This document shows, one piece after another, positions 1 to 12,542 of a stretch of DNA of 64,000 nucleotides. The first letter of the stretch is position 1. Each line of letters starts with the position of its first letter. The DNA is from Coniocarpon cinnabarinum (lineage: Eukaryota): positions 62,001 through 126,000 of the forward strand of contig JAVECO010000047.1 of NCBI GenBank assembly GCA_051942205.1, in the 5' to 3' direction. The notes under the pieces are model-generated. The model was not told the DNA's origin. It saw nothing but the letters and a program-made list of their open reading frames with translations, and did no database searches. Both the position numbers and the translations under genes were made by a program.

Positions 1-975
1 TCAGATTTCGGATATGATTGCAGTGTAGTAGATGCCAATTAGAGCAATTATCACTGGTCACCGTCAGTATCCAGATCGAATTGCCACAAGGTACATGACA
101 CCACTGCTGACCAGCAAACCATGACTCAACGAAGTCGAGGGTTGTAAACACATCACCAAGTTGACCACCCAGAGCCGGCCATAGGATGGAAGGTATGATC
201 AAAGAGATCGAGCCCAGTATTGCAGCCCAGACCAGCTTTGCGATCCACAGACCTTCTACAAACTCCAGGCCGTATGACTTGCCGGGATCACCGCTATTCT
301 TTAGGTGCGCCATCCACTCTATCCACACCTGATCAGGCTTGATGCGCCCTGGGTTGTGATAGGCGTGCATTAGGACGCGCGCATCGAGGTAATCAGCGGG
401 CTTGTGTCGGGTTGGTACGCCATTGTGTGTATACTGGAGACGAGTCAACATCTTGCACAAGACCCGTTGATGATCATTCTGGGAAATACCTCAATCGGCA
501 CGATGTACTTCAGCTTTCGGAAAAACAACCATCTTCGCCATTCTTTCTGCAGCTCGTCTCTGTACGCTCTCCTGATCTCCCACCACACATCCTGATCGTT
601 GTCTTTGAACTGATCAAAACTCACTGGTGCCGTCCTCCATTCGTGGGACGTTGGGTCACAGACACTCAACACCAGATGAATCTTCGCGGAGAACTTCTCA
701 GATCTCACCGGGGAGCGTGAAAGATGCAAAAACTTGTCCCGCCTCGAGTAGTGCTTACGGGGATGATCGCGCTTGCTATGGAACCGTGGCTGACCAGCGG
801 TAGGCCTCGGAATAGAGATGTCATGTCTTTCTAAGAGCTCCTCGAATTTATTGTGCTGCGTAAAAGATGAAGGAGGCGGAAGGAAGATTGGTGTGGTGTT
901 GGTCGTGTCGGAGTCAGGTATGGTTTCCACATGCTCGACTCGTGGGACTGATGAATACTTGTCCTCTGCGCTCAT
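1..975 (-). CDS. Fungal hypothetical protein with two C-terminal transmembrane helices (3 exons)
   Basis: ORF 975..445 splices at GTATTT...CAG (~489..434) into an exon reading YTHNGVP...YGLEFVEGLWIAKLVWAAILGSISLIIPSILWPALGG. A second intron (~110..54, CTGAC branch) leads to IIALIGIYYTAIISEI* with the TGA at 3..1. Confidence 0.65.
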
Positions 976-1401
976 GTCGTGACTGTTAGCGCAAAGATGG
1001 CTTCACGGCTGGACACCACTGCGTCAGAAGTCGTTCATGAGCAGCCGACGAAAGGTCGATAGCGTCGCAAGGATGGTAAAAATGTGTTTGCCAAAACAGG
1101 ACATGAGGCTTTTGGACAGCGCAAGTTTGTCTAATCACAGCTGCAAGCCTGTTGATAGGTCGATTGCACTGCATATGGGGAAGGTGCGCCTTGCAGGCAG
1201 TGGCAAGGCTGTCACCGCAGGATTCACTCGAGTCACTGTCCGTATCTTGTCAAGTTGCCGTGAGGCTTGATTCTTTCGCGCCTCATGCGCCATTGATAAT
1301 GATATCTCATCTGTTGCCTGTTCATACAAACGAAAATACCTGACCCACCAGCATTGCAATGCATTTCCAAGCCATGTCCATAAAGTTATAACATTCGTAC
1401 A

Positions 1402-2832
1402 CTAGAAGTCCTCTTCGAAGCTCAGCTCATTGCCGGTCTTCTTCTCCCCGTTCTCTTGTGGACCTTCTGCCATCTTCTTTGTTGCTGCCATGACGCCAGC
1501 CTTTTGGTAGTCACCGACACGCTTCTCAAAGAAATTGGTCTTGCCTGCAAGCGAGATGTTTTCCATGAAATCAAAGGGATTGGTACTGTTGTAGACTTTC
1601 CTGCCGCCAAGCGCGACAAGCAGTCTGTCAGCGACAAACTCGATGTATTGTCGCATGAGTGGAGCGTTCATGCCTAGTAAGGCAACGGGCAGTGCTTCTG
1701 TGAGAAATTCTTGCTCGATAGTGACGGCTTCCTTGATGATCTGCTCCACCTTCTCAACGTCCGGACGGTTCTGCAAGTGCGAGAAGAGTAGACAGGCGAA
1801 GTCAGTGTGCATTCCCTCGTCACGAGAAATAAGCTCGTTGGAGAATGTCAGACCAGGCATGAGACCACGCTTCTTCAGCCAAAAGATGGACGCGAAAGAA
1901 CCTGAAAAGAAGATACCTTCAACAGCGGCGAAAGCAACCAGACGACTTGCAAAAGTGGAAGATGAGTCGCTGATCCATCGCAGCGCCCAGTCAGCCTTTC
2001 TGCGAATGCATGGAATGGTGTCGATGGCGTCAAACAGGTATTGTCGTTGAGCAACATCGCTAATATACGTATCAATGAGTAAGCTGTATGTTTCTGAATG
2101 GATGTTTTCCATCATGATTTGAAATCCATAGAAGCATCGAGCTTCGGGGATCTGAACCTCGCCAGAGAATCTCTCGACCAGGTTTTCGTTGACAATGCCG
2201 TCTGACGCAGCGAAGAATGCAAGTACATGTGAGATGAAGAATCGCTCGTCATTATTCAAACGGTGGTTCCAGTCGTGAAGATCTTTTGACAAGTCGATTT
2301 CTTCGGCAGTCCAGAAAGATGCTTCGGCTTTCTTGTACATTTGCCATACCTACGAAATTGTCACGCGTCAGCGGCGATTCTAAGGCAAGTCCTTCGCGTT
2401 GCAGGTGTCTGGGAGACGAAGGCAAGACAATAGACGCGTAAAACGCGTCGATTCCACATACCTCGTTGTACTTGATGGGGAAAAGCACAAAGCGATTGGG
2501 ATTTTCTCTCAGTATGGGCTCGTCGGCCTCCTCTGGCCGAAGTGTCGAAGCGACCGAGTGTGTGGCTTCCTCGACTGCGTCTTTGGCCTCCCTCAGGTCG
2601 GGGATGCCAACGATAGGTCGAGCTTTGTCGTTGCCATACTCATCCTTCGGGATGTCCGGCACATAGTCAACTTTCTTGGCCGGCGACTTGTCTACCGACA
2701 GATCTGAGAGGCCTTGAGCGGCCTGTGACTCTTGTTAGCTTCCGAACAAACACCTGACGAGACAGGACGAGGGTGGCAATCACGAACCTTTTTGGAAGGC
2801 GTCACGTCTACAGGTGGTAGTACTTCAGACAT
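1402..2832 (-). CDS. RNR2: Ribonucleoside-diphosphate reductase small (R2) subunit; exons 2832-2788, 2722-2462, 2349-1402
   Basis: R2 motifs [39 protein letters not shown] (radical Tyr), [26 protein letters not shown] and C-terminal FEEDF. Two canonical introns keep the frame. Confidence 0.98.
2363..2448. promoter_or_regulatory. Intronic cluster of MCB (ACGCGT) boxes in RNR2 intron 2
   Basis: Perfect ACGCGT at 2363-2368, 2434-2439 and 2443-2448, plus ACGCGA on the minus strand at 2394-2399, all within a 112-nt intron. Confidence 0.55.
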
Positions 2833-2928
2833 CTTGAGGACGAGTGCAGATAAGAGACAAGGGTTGAAGACGGCAAGTGTCGTCCGATGCAGAGGTGTAT
2901 GGGATGCTGCAGGATGGACAAAGAGCAG

Positions 2929-3013
2929 ACGCGAGGATAGAAAGACTTTAAAGCCACGCGCCTCGAGGCGCGTTAATTGCGCCACGCGAAAACAACGCCA
3001 ACGCGCTCACGTG
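2929..3013. promoter_or_regulatory. MCB/SCB-like cluster upstream of RNR2
   Basis: ACGCG cores at 2929, 2956, 2969 (reverse), 2984 (ACGCGAAA) and 3001, plus CACGTG at 3008. They lie 100-180 nt upstream of the RNR2 ATG. Confidence 0.6.
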
Positions 3014-3283
3014 AGTTGCTCTCAAAACTCTCGTCTCCCCTTCCCTCGGCTGCCGTCCAGTACCACGCAAAGCCTCGGATTGATGTGGTTGGTAGTGGGA
3101 ATGCAAGCACCAGCTGCTGCTGCAGACTGATGCATTTTGCAGAAGATGCAAGGACGTCATGCAGTTCACTATACAAATCGGGGTATCTCGACCAAACCAA
3201 AAGCTGTCCAAATCGCAAAAACATCTCCCCGTTCATGGCCTCAAACATTATTCCAAAGCACAACCTGAATCTTGAAAGTCTTC

Positions 3284-6200
3284 TCAGAGTTTGTATAGCC
3301 AATTGCGGTGTGCATCGACAAGTCCTGCCACTGCCAGTCAGTATCATCAGATCCGGTAAGCCCTTGGAGTGATAACACTTACTCTTCATGAGCGCCTCTT
3401 GCTGGCGTCTATCTTCAGCGGCCAGCTGTAAATTCCCCCCTGTCTCCACAAATTCCAGAATGACGCTGTGTCTCATCTCCTGCCGATCGCTCGGTGGTAT
3501 TGCAGGGGGCAGGAATTCCGTCAAATGATACTTTCGACCATGGACACGTCCTGCTCGCCCATCTGGCGACGCCGGTGGAGGTGCAAACACTAGGTTACCG
3601 AGCGTGTCAATCTCTACCCATCTTCTTTTCCACAGAAGCGTGTCGGCAAATTGGACGTTCACGTCGCCAACGACGACGTTCTTACCCTCACCAAAGCCAC
3701 TGAAGGTGTTGCTTGTCTTTCGACTCTTCGTGCTTCGATTGGGTTGGGCCCCTTCACGCACCACTTTGAACTCAGAGCGTTTGCTATTGGAGCCGTTTGG
3801 CATCTGCGACATCCTCTTCAGTAGACGGCTTGCTTTTGAGGCCAGCGTATCGATTTCGCTAACTTCATGAACATGGTCAGGATTGGCTTCGGACCCTTCT
3901 TCTCTGATGGTATCGCCTCTAGCATGAAGCAGAGGTTTTGATGTGTTTGGTCGATGGCGGCTTGTCGATCCACTTTCGCGACGATTACCACTCAAGGCTG
4001 TCCTTAAACCCTCAAAGCTGGGACGTGCTCGGCCTGACATGATTGAGCTTCGACTTGCTGGTCTTTTGCCATTGTCTGAGTGGGCTGAGTTGCGCCGCAA
4101 AGCTGCAGGACTGCGGCTATGATCGTTGCGTTCTGTAAAAGATCCGCCTGGGCGTGAGAATGCCATACTTCGCCCGAAACGCTCTTCTTGAAGACTGTGC
4201 GCATTGACATCGTCATCGGTTACTCCGCTCGGCTCTTCAATGATCGATGCAGCTCTCGGAAGCGGCGAATGATCCGCGTTGAGGCGTGCAGCACGCGTTG
4301 TGAACGGGTAGGAATCACGTTTCGAATTATGACCAGATCCTCCTGTGTGTATGCTTTCGGCGACAACAGAACCCGAGCGACTATGATCCGCTGAGGTCTT
4401 CGGCCTATTAGTTTTGGGTGTGCCGGTGGAACGTTTATTAGGCGATCGCGAACGGCTTGCCTCATATGCTCGACCCATTGCAGTTGTAATGTCAGCTTTC
4501 TGATGTTTTGAATCTGATGTTTTAGGCGCCAGAAATGTGTGTACTGATCCAGGCAGATAGTCTTCCCGAGAAGCCACATCCGACTCTGGCTTGTGAGAAC
4601 GCTCGGCCAATGTTTGAATGCGTCGAGAAATCCCGGTTGTCAGATTTGCACGCCCAGGATTAGCCGGCCGAGAGGAGCTTGAGGGCGGCCGCTCTATTGA
4701 TGGTGTGGCAGACACATGAAGCTCCGGAATGCGAGCGTTGGGTAGAGCACCGTCAGGCGAGGTTGTGACTTCCTGGTGAGACAGAGCTGTTCTGATGGTA
4801 GCAGTCGTAATTGTGGGCGAACCAGCGCTGGCATCGCGATGATGGGCAAAGGGCAACACTGGCGAGTGACTTTGTTGCAGATGAACAGACGACATACCCT
4901 CTACTGACTCCGCCTCATGCAGAGTGACAGCGTTCGAATTTGAGTCATTTCGCACCGGCTTGACATCCGCGTTAGAAAAGTCTTCTCTCTTACGCTTTAA
5001 AGAGCTGGATCTCCGTAGAGGAACCCGTGCCATGTCTTCTACCTGGCGATGGCCAGTTGGAGATTCCTGTGACTGCTGCGGCAGCGCGGTCACGAATTTG
5101 AGGGGTGGCGAGCTTTCTTCAGCATCTTGTGAAGGCGGATAGTGTATGCTGTTGTCAGTATTCACCGGATGACTCTGCAAGGGGTTCACTTTGGCTGAGA
5201 ATGAACTTTCAGTCAGTGTGACGGGAGAAGCATGAACCTGTTCAATGTCAATGCCGCTGTCAGGCTTTCCCGAATCGTGCAAAGTAGGTGCGAAAGCTTG
5301 ACTGTAGGGGCTTAATAACGGACTGAAAGCTGGCAGGGGAGATTCGTCAGGATAAAGTGATGCATCAGGATGGCGTCGGAGACGCAAGGCTCGCATAAGC
5401 CTATTCCTCTCCGGCGTCACTGCTGGTGCTGCCGTGGATGCTGTGGACGTCGGACGGGATTGCGGAATGGGAGAAGTGCTGATTCCAAGACCTGTTGGAT
5501 TTGCTGGTGCTACAATTTCAACATCACGGTCGGCGGACGGCCCAACGTCATCGTTTTTCGGAGTCTCGGGAAGTGGTTTCATCAATGGCGTGTCAAGCCC
5601 AGATGGCGTGTCTCTAATCCCTGCTTCCTCGAATTTCTCTGGTAGTTGGGGAACAGGAGGGAGCTCGTCCTCCTTGTGGGCTCGCTGAGGCTCGATTGGT
5701 TTCGAAGTATGCCTGGAAGATGATCGAGATTGACTCTCCCCATCCTCACTTACTGCCCCTGATCTTCTCTCTGTCTGCCGCTTTTGCGAGCTAGTTCTCT
5801 CATCGTGCGTACTTTTCTGGGCCCTCATGCGCACTCCGGCAGGTAATTTCTGGCGCTCCATGGCTGGGCCTCTGGGTGGGTCATGAGCCACGGGACGAGG
5901 ACCGAACTTCAGCTTGGGTTTCCAGGTGTGCCACAAGTCCGACGTGCTCGGTCGTGCGCTGTACGACGTCTTCGGCAGGTCGTCAGACTCAGAAAGTCTC
6001 CAGTCATGACGCAAAATATCCGGATCTGGCAACAGCTTGGCTTCTCTTCTCACGTTGTCCGTGGCTGGTGTGCGCGGCGGCGAGACCTCTGCTAGGAAGG
6101 CCTTCAGACCTATTATGTCATTAGGACTTTTCCGTTCATGTGGAGGTTTTGAGTTGCCGCTCTTGATGTCTCTGTCCAGGTCATCAAGCTCTTTCTGGAG

Positions 6201-6913
6201 CTCGTCCGCAGCATTATGTTTTCTCGCAACTCCAGGTCTGGGTATCGTAGGTTGATTCTCTTGTTCCTCTCCATTTCCAGTTTTATCAGAACTCAGGAGA
6301 TTCGCCCGGTCTTTTGCGCTTTCTTCCCCTGGCACCCTTTGCGGTCCACCACGGTCCTGACTCTCAGTAGCATCATGACTGAGCCTCTGAGAGGGGTTTT
6401 CGGCCTCTTCAGGCAGATTTAATTCGCGACGCAAGGTAGCGTCGCACAACTCATCGGCCACGCTTAGAGTAAGCACAGCGTCTTGAGGCGAGAACTTCTC
6501 CTGCACTGCTGGAAAATGCACAGCTGTCCGCGCTGATTGCGAAATCGCGTTAGCCTTTGTGCCACCTCCAGTGGAAATGGAGTATACATACCCTGCAGGA
6601 GACGCGAAGTGCCTTCGGGAATGCATTTGATCACAATGCTCTTCTCGTGGAAACGTAGAAAGCCGTAGAGCGGCGACTTCTCAGAGAAGTCGACAAGAGC
6701 CTGCCGACATTCTTCTACGCCATCCATGCCATACTGATATAAGTCCACCTCATCCCGCGATATATAGCTCAGTAGAAGCCTGGCCTATAATTAGCACGCG
6801 CCGATTGACAGGCTACACAGCACGCAGGACGGAGCGCACCATCCTCCAGCCGCAGCTAAGGTCGAGTGGTATGCATCAGTAACTTTTTCGGTGTCGACGC
6901 CGTTCAGAGACAT
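3284..6913 (-). CDS. Large protein with an N-terminal ADF-H/cofilin-like domain, a long disordered S/P/R-rich middle and a C-terminal PH-like domain (4 exons)
   Basis: ATG 6913 gives MSLNGVDTEKVTDAYHSTLAAAGGW, then an intron, LLLSYISRDEVDLY...PLYGFLRFHEKSIVIKCIPEGTSRLLQ, another intron, and ARTAVHF. C-terminal GDVNVQFADTLLWKRRWVEID...LQLAAED. A final GTAAGT intron leads to TGA at 3284. Confidence 0.75.
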
Positions 6914-7368
6914 TTCCCAAGTTCCGCGTGGTAAGTGAAGCGCAGAACGTGCACTTTGTCAGTGCTGCCGCCGTTGAAGAGGTGGACTCATCATTGAGTG
7001 TGGGCAGACTAATGAGGCCGAGAAGAGACCCAGTGGCGAGCGCAGAGCTTTCCAAATGCGCCAATCATCCCTTGACACCAACCAAACCGGGGAAACAAAC
7101 GACCAAGGTGCTGCGCGTAGAGCAGGCGAAAGAACAAACAAGCAGTAGCCGTAGAGGGATCATCTGGAGTGAGGAATCACTGGGTGGTGGCAGGGACTAG
7201 TCAGGAACGGCGGCTAAGCTGGTTCGGTGGAGTGGCGCCGAGCTTAATGGAGGACGCCACAGCCCAATGCGTTCTAGCGTGTACCAGGAGTTCTCACCCA
7301 ACCCGACCCACTCCGGGTACAGAGTAATTAAATGTACAGGATCTCCCACGGGCCAGCAAAGAAGCGCC

Positions 7369-7947
7369 ATGGCGGACTCAAGGCTTCCTAGCAGCTCAGA
7401 CTTGTCCAATGCCAGCCCCCATCAGCTACACTCCATCACGTCGATTCTTTTCGAGGACTCGCCAGAGCTCGAGTCCATCATCACTACTATCATTCACGAA
7501 GACCCTCCCTCCGGGTACGAGTCTCTCATCGAGCTTGTCAGAGGGCGGCTCAAATCCTTCGTCCCCACCCCAGCCAGCTTGCACGATTTAGGCAGTGTAG
7601 AGAAAGGTCATCGGCCCGATAGTATACTCAACGCTCATCCGCGTCTGGGCGAGAACAAGGTGAATTTGAGCGCGTCGAGCGCGGCAGAGCAGAGCAATCT
7701 ACAATCTTCCACTGACCAACAGCAAGCCCTCGAGCTCGCGCATCTCAACGCTGAGTATGAAGCTCAGTTCGAGGGGCTACACTATCTGGTCTTCGTGAAC
7801 GGCAGAGGCAGACCTGAAATCTTCCAGGACATGCGCCGGCGAATGGCGCGGGCCAACCCGTTTCTAGAACGTGTTGAAGCAATTGATGCGCTCTGTGACA
7901 TTGCACTGGATCGTGTGCAGAAGATGGTCCGCAAAGACCGGCAGTAG
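7369..7947 (+). CDS. OHCU decarboxylase (2-oxo-4-hydroxy-4-carboxy-5-ureidoimidazoline decarboxylase family)
   Basis: Motifs ILNAHPRLG, SAAEQ and LNAEYEAQFEGLHYLVFVNGR, and terminal ALCDIALDR. Likely ATG at 7369. Confidence 0.85.
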   Translation: MADSRLPSSSDLSNASPHQLHSITSILFEDSPELESIITTIIHEDPPSGYESLIELVRGRLKSFVPTPASLHDLGSVEKGHRPDSILNAHPRLGENKVNLSASSAAEQSNLQSSTDQQQALELAHLNAEYEAQFEGLHYLVFVNGRGRPEIFQDMRRRMARANPFLERVEAIDALCDIALDRVQKMVRKDRQ

Positions 7948-7964
7948 CATTAACTGCCGCTTTT

Positions 7965-10169
7965 TCACTTGCCCTCTTTCGCAACGGCGGTCAACCGACG
8001 CTCGACCTGCTCAATAGCTTGCAAAAGGAGCATGGCATTCGACTTGATTTGTTGCATCTCTTCATTATGTGTAGTCAGTGGATCACCTCTGAGCGACTCA
8101 TCTGCTTTTTGAGCAGCATCTCTCAGAGGTGTTAAGAAGGCAGGCCCAACGTCCGCTTCGTTGTGGAGATTGAGTACATCCAGCCTCTCTCGTATCCTGC
8201 CAGGCATGCTAAGTAGCAGATAGTCCAAATTGAGGACAGCCAGGAGGAACGGTAAACGAGGCACGATTGCCGTGAACAATTCCACACGAGAGGCGTTTGC
8301 CGATCCTTGAGTGCTGTTGCTCGCAGTTGCAGCTAGAGTGCGCAGGTCTGGATAAAGGTACATTGACACACTGTCAAGCGCCATGGACGTTTTGAAGATG
8401 CTGTGTTCCCCGTCCTCTTGCGAAGCCAGATTGGCTTCAATCAACTCTCCCTTCAACCACGCCACAGCTTCTGCTCTCAGTAAATCCATCGGTGCATTTT
8501 CCAAGGTGTCTCGGATAAAGTTCAGCCTGACTACGGGGTCTGGATGGCTGCGAAGGACCGTGGCAGTGACGACGTGGGCACAATACCTAATCGAAGAATC
8601 TGGGGTGTTGGCGCTGACGAGGGACGTGACCTGGAGGAACCTTGCAAAAGCATCCTTGTCATTCGGAAAGGCTGCGTCAGGATCACCAATAGCGTTCTTC
8701 GCTAATGACAGTGATGCAAGAAACAAAATAGCATCTAGCAGCGCAGCGGGAAATGCAGCGGTAGAAATCATCACACTCTCTGGTGATCCGATTTGGGCTT
8801 TGATGATTTGCGCGATTGATGGAAAGATTTGAAGCTCTTGAGGGTCTTGAACAATGGCCGCTGATCTATTGTGAGAGCTCTCGATATGTCGAGTAAACGC
8901 TTTGTAGGCCAAGAGAAAGAGACATCCAGCTTGTGAAAGAGGTACGTCTTCAGGCTTTTTGGGTGGGTCGTCTTCTTCCCCCTCGTCATCGTCAGCAGCT
9001 TCTTCATTGGGCCCGCTAGAGCTTTTCTCGTCTGTCTCGATGGGAATTTGCTTTGCAGTGGCTAGAAGCTCCGCAGAATTTAGGCCGAGTCCGTCTGAGA
9101 GAGTATTAAGCTGTTCGCAAAATCGCTCGCGAGTCTTGAGCACTTCTAGCTGATTGAATTGCTCTGTGACAGTAGCGCGATCGGGCACAATCATCCGCGG
9201 CTGTTCTTGCTCCTGGAACCGCATAGCCCATGCTTGCGCCGGTACATCAATAGTCTCTTCGTCCAGTGAGCCATCCAGCGAAGACATCCATAGCTCCACG
9301 ACATGCGTCACAAACGATTGCAGAAGCTTCTGCTGTATCCTGGCATCATAGGGATCTTGCATCCGTTCTTGAGCTTTTGCCGTGCCATCTGCGCCTCGAA
9401 CGACCTTTTCGAAAGCATCAGCATTGAACGGAAGAGTTTGAGCAGGAAATTTTGGCTCCTGAATCTTCTTCAAAACTTGTACGAGCTTGAACACTTCGTC
9501 GATACATGTTTGGTGGGCTTGTGGTGGCGCGCCAGCCATCGCCGCTAGGACTGCTGATAGCGTTGTTGCCATAAATCGACTGGGCTGCTTGACCTGGATA
9601 CGGGGGTGTAGATCACCTAGCATTTGCAAGAGCGTCTTGAACCGATCGAACGCCGGCGACTTCTTCTGTCTTTCCTCATAGGCTTGGGTATTGCCAGTGT
9701 GAGATCTCGAGGAGTCTTTTGCGTCTTGAATACCGTCCGATTTGCGCATAGCAGGATGTACATCCATGTCATTGACTTCAGCTTCTTCCTCGTCGAGTTC
9801 ATCGTCCAGCTCCCAGTCTATATTCCGCAGCGCTTGCTCGACTTTCAAGGCACATTCTCGAGGATTACCAATCTTTCCTACATCTAGCAGAGTCTCAAAG
9901 GCAGCCGGCGTCTCCACAAAGCGAATGAGTAGCCCCACAAGATCCCATCCGATATCGTTGAGCAGGGATCCACCGCCTTTAAGGTCTTCGAGCAGCACAT
10001 GCCTAAGCACTACAACATTCTCAGCTGTTAGATTGAACTCGAGCAATCCAAGATAAGTCATGTGATCCACAACCGGCGGCTTTGCCGATATGAATGGATG
10101 AGCTGGGTCTACGCAACCGCCAGGCTTCCCCGGGGCTCCAAAAGTGGAAGCCATGTCAGCGGAACTCAT
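7965..10169 (-). CDS. YAP1-binding Ybp1/ALF4/glomulin-like (DUF1760) helical protein
   Basis: 734-aa intronless ORF. N-terminal PP..DH.TYLGLLEFNL...IGWDLV..L, GNPRECALKV, and RLNFIRDTLE...AVAWLK.E are characteristic of this fungal family. Confidence 0.75.
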   Translation of the reverse strand: MSSADMASTFGAPGKPGGCVDPAHPFISAKPPVVDHMTYLGLLEFNLTAENVVVLRHVLLEDLKGGGSLLNDIGWDLVGLLIRFVETPAAFETLLDVGKIGNPRECALKVEQALRNIDWELDDELDEEEAEVNDMDVHPAMRKSDGIQDAKDSSRSHTGNTQAYEERQKKSPAFDRFKTLLQMLGDLHPRIQVKQPSRFMATTLSAVLAAMAGAPPQAHQTCIDEVFKLVQVLKKIQEPKFPAQTLPFNADAFEKVVRGADGTAKAQERMQDPYDARIQQKLLQSFVTHVVELWMSSLDGSLDEETIDVPAQAWAMRFQEQEQPRMIVPDRATVTEQFNQLEVLKTRERFCEQLNTLSDGLGLNSAELLATAKQIPIETDEKSSSGPNEEAADDDEGEEDDPPKKPEDVPLSQAGCLFLLAYKAFTRHIESSHNRSAAIVQDPQELQIFPSIAQIIKAQIGSPESVMISTAAFPAALLDAILFLASLSLAKNAIGDPDAAFPNDKDAFARFLQVTSLVSANTPDSSIRYCAHVVTATVLRSHPDPVVRLNFIRDTLENAPMDLLRAEAVAWLKGELIEANLASQEDGEHSIFKTSMALDSVSMYLYPDLRTLAATASNSTQGSANASRVELFTAIVPRLPFLLAVLNLDYLLLSMPGRIRERLDVLNLHNEADVGPAFLTPLRDAAQKADESLRGDPLTTHNEEMQQIKSNAMLLLQAIEQVERRLTAVAKEGK

Positions 10170-10978
10170 TTTGAAGCGACTGGTCTCGTACGAGCTTCAG
10201 AATGTCCCTACGAGCAATTCAGGTCCGCGAGAAGTCTTTTATAAACCATGTCATTCCCAATTGGTTGCGCATCATGCATATTTAGATGCAGAGCATTTTA
10301 GTCCTACATGCTTGGCGACCTGTAAGGGCCTGGAAGTGGAAGATGACAAGTAGGAAGTGCTGCAAAAACAAGCATTGGGCGTACGGTGTCTGCTATGGGG
10401 TATGGAATGGAATTATGCACTATGATTACCTGCAAGTTCTACCCTGCCCAAGCAAATTCTGCACATCTAATGTTGCGTCTGTGCCCTCCGCCGTAACTAG
10501 TCGAAATAGAATACCAAAAGTGGGCGAGTCGGCGAAATTTTACTGATATTTCCATAGCCTACTAAATAGCTCTGCACGTAAGCGACAAGGATTCGTAAGT
10601 CGTAGGGCTGACGTCCAAACTTCTCGCCAAGCCTGAATCCAGAAGCTTGATGTGGTCGTCATTTCGATCTTCAGTACCCACCTATCTTTGGACTACAATT
10701 GATTATAGTGTTTACACAAGAAACAATTTTCGAAAGCATGAGTCACTCACCAAAGGAATAAGTTTAAGTGGGTTCTCATTGCATGCAATATGTACTTTCA
10801 GCTTCAATAAAAGTTTCGGCCGTCACTATTCGCATGCAACACGTCTTTGGTCTTTGACGACACGTTCCTTTCTTCATGGTGCTTCATGGCACATGGTTCG
10901 CTAGATCAATCTCAACTACATGCTTTCGCGACTGTCTCTCATCTCATCATTCCGCTAAATGCGCACGTCGAGAATTTC

Positions 10979-12542
10979 TTACCAGACGGGCTCGTTCCTT
11001 CTGTCCAGCCGGTCTGCAAAATTCTGTGGGTCGGAAGACTTGTAAAGGACCTCGCCTTTATCATTTCGATCAGTGGCATCTATGAAGCCTCCTGAGATGA
11101 AATTGATATACTTGGCAAAGTCTTTGGTGTCTCGGACTTTGCAGCGCGCTGTAGCTGTCTCGCAATGCTGAATGAGCGCCTGAAGGCTTTTGAACTCGCG
11201 AAGGCAAGTCGGACAGCGGAAGACGTGAGACAAATGAGAATCCATGCAATGTTGCTTGAAAGCTGTTTCGGATGGGTCCGAGTGGCTGGCACAGATTCAG
11301 CTTGATGACCGAAGATATCACATGGTTTGTACACATACCTGCATCCGGGATGAGGACATTCATATGCATTTCTCAAAAAATTAAAGAAACGCTGAGAGTC
11401 CCAGGCATTGGAGCGAGGGTTCCAGAAGCGTGTATTCCAGTCGGTACAGTCGTTAGAGGGTGCGATTGAGCTGACACTTTCACCACGCAATTTCATCGCG
11501 TATTCATTATCACGTTCACGAAGAGCCGCAGCGAAGGCATCGGTCATATAGTGAGGTTTCTGAGGGTTCTGGTTGCTTGCCAAGACTGCAGCGCTTGGAC
11601 CTTGACTCCACACTGACCGAGATTGGTTGCGTTGTGAGGGAGGCGATGGGTGAGATGAAGCCAAGTCGGTGTCATTCACGGCTGAGTTGCTGTTCGCAGT
11701 GGTGCCAATCTTCATTGAAGATACGGCCTGGGTGACCCCGCTCACATCTTTGCTTTGAGTGGCAAGAGCATGGTTGCGCGCATCTGGCACGTTAAGACCG
11801 GGCCACTCTTGCTGCTGAGGACTTAGTGCTGGCGTGGCAATTGACTTGTCATTGATGGGTGAGTCTAAGTGGCCCAGTGGCACACCGCCGAAAGATGGAG
11901 ATTGCGTCGTGTCAGTACCTATGCTGTCTGGTCCATCGCGAATCGTTGCTGCACGAAAAGCAGTTGGCTCGCCGTCTGCAGCGTGTCAGATGTGTCCTGC
12001 GCAAGCTCAACTTTGCTAAGGGTAGCACCCGAGTATCACTTACCATCTCGAAGCTGTTTATTGATGATAGCTTTGTGGTTGACGTGGTCTTGAAAGTCGT
12101 CTCGGGAGATTGATTGCTGCGGGCGCTGGGTGTTCCGGCAGAGGCCTTTTTCGAGGTGACCGATCATGGCGCCAGCGCCTACAAAGATGTGGTGACACCC
12201 ACGGCATTCGACCTTGCTCTGCGTTTTATGATCCTGTGTGAGGGTTTAGCACAACAGCTTTGAAATCTTCAAAAGCTAGCTCGGTCAGTCCTGGCTTACG
12301 CGCTTGATGTGATACTCGAGCGAGCGAACGCCACCTCGATATTCATTTCCGCAAACTGGGCAGGCGATATGCTTGTCGCTCTTAACGACATGGTCGAACC
12401 ACGCCTCCCAGTCCTTGCAGGCGACGTTACACTTCTCACAATATTCATGTTCAGGCTCTTCAATCATGTGATGTATGAGTGAACGCTCATCGTCGAAAGT
12501 TTTGATGCAATCTGGAAAGCGACAAGCAATGTCGCCCGCCAT
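10979..12542 (-). CDS. Multi-C2H2 zinc-finger protein (4 exons)
   Basis: Fingers CRFPDC..HMIEEPEH, CEKC..HVVKSDKH, CPVC..H, CRGC..HLEKGLC, CPHPGC and CPTC..HCE. They are joined by introns at 12299..12234, ~12043..11977 and ~11338..11286. Confidence 0.8.

Noticed and set aside
2973..6626. 1217-aa ORF as listed in the ORF track
   Set aside because: Both ends run through introns; the spliced model is 6913..3284.
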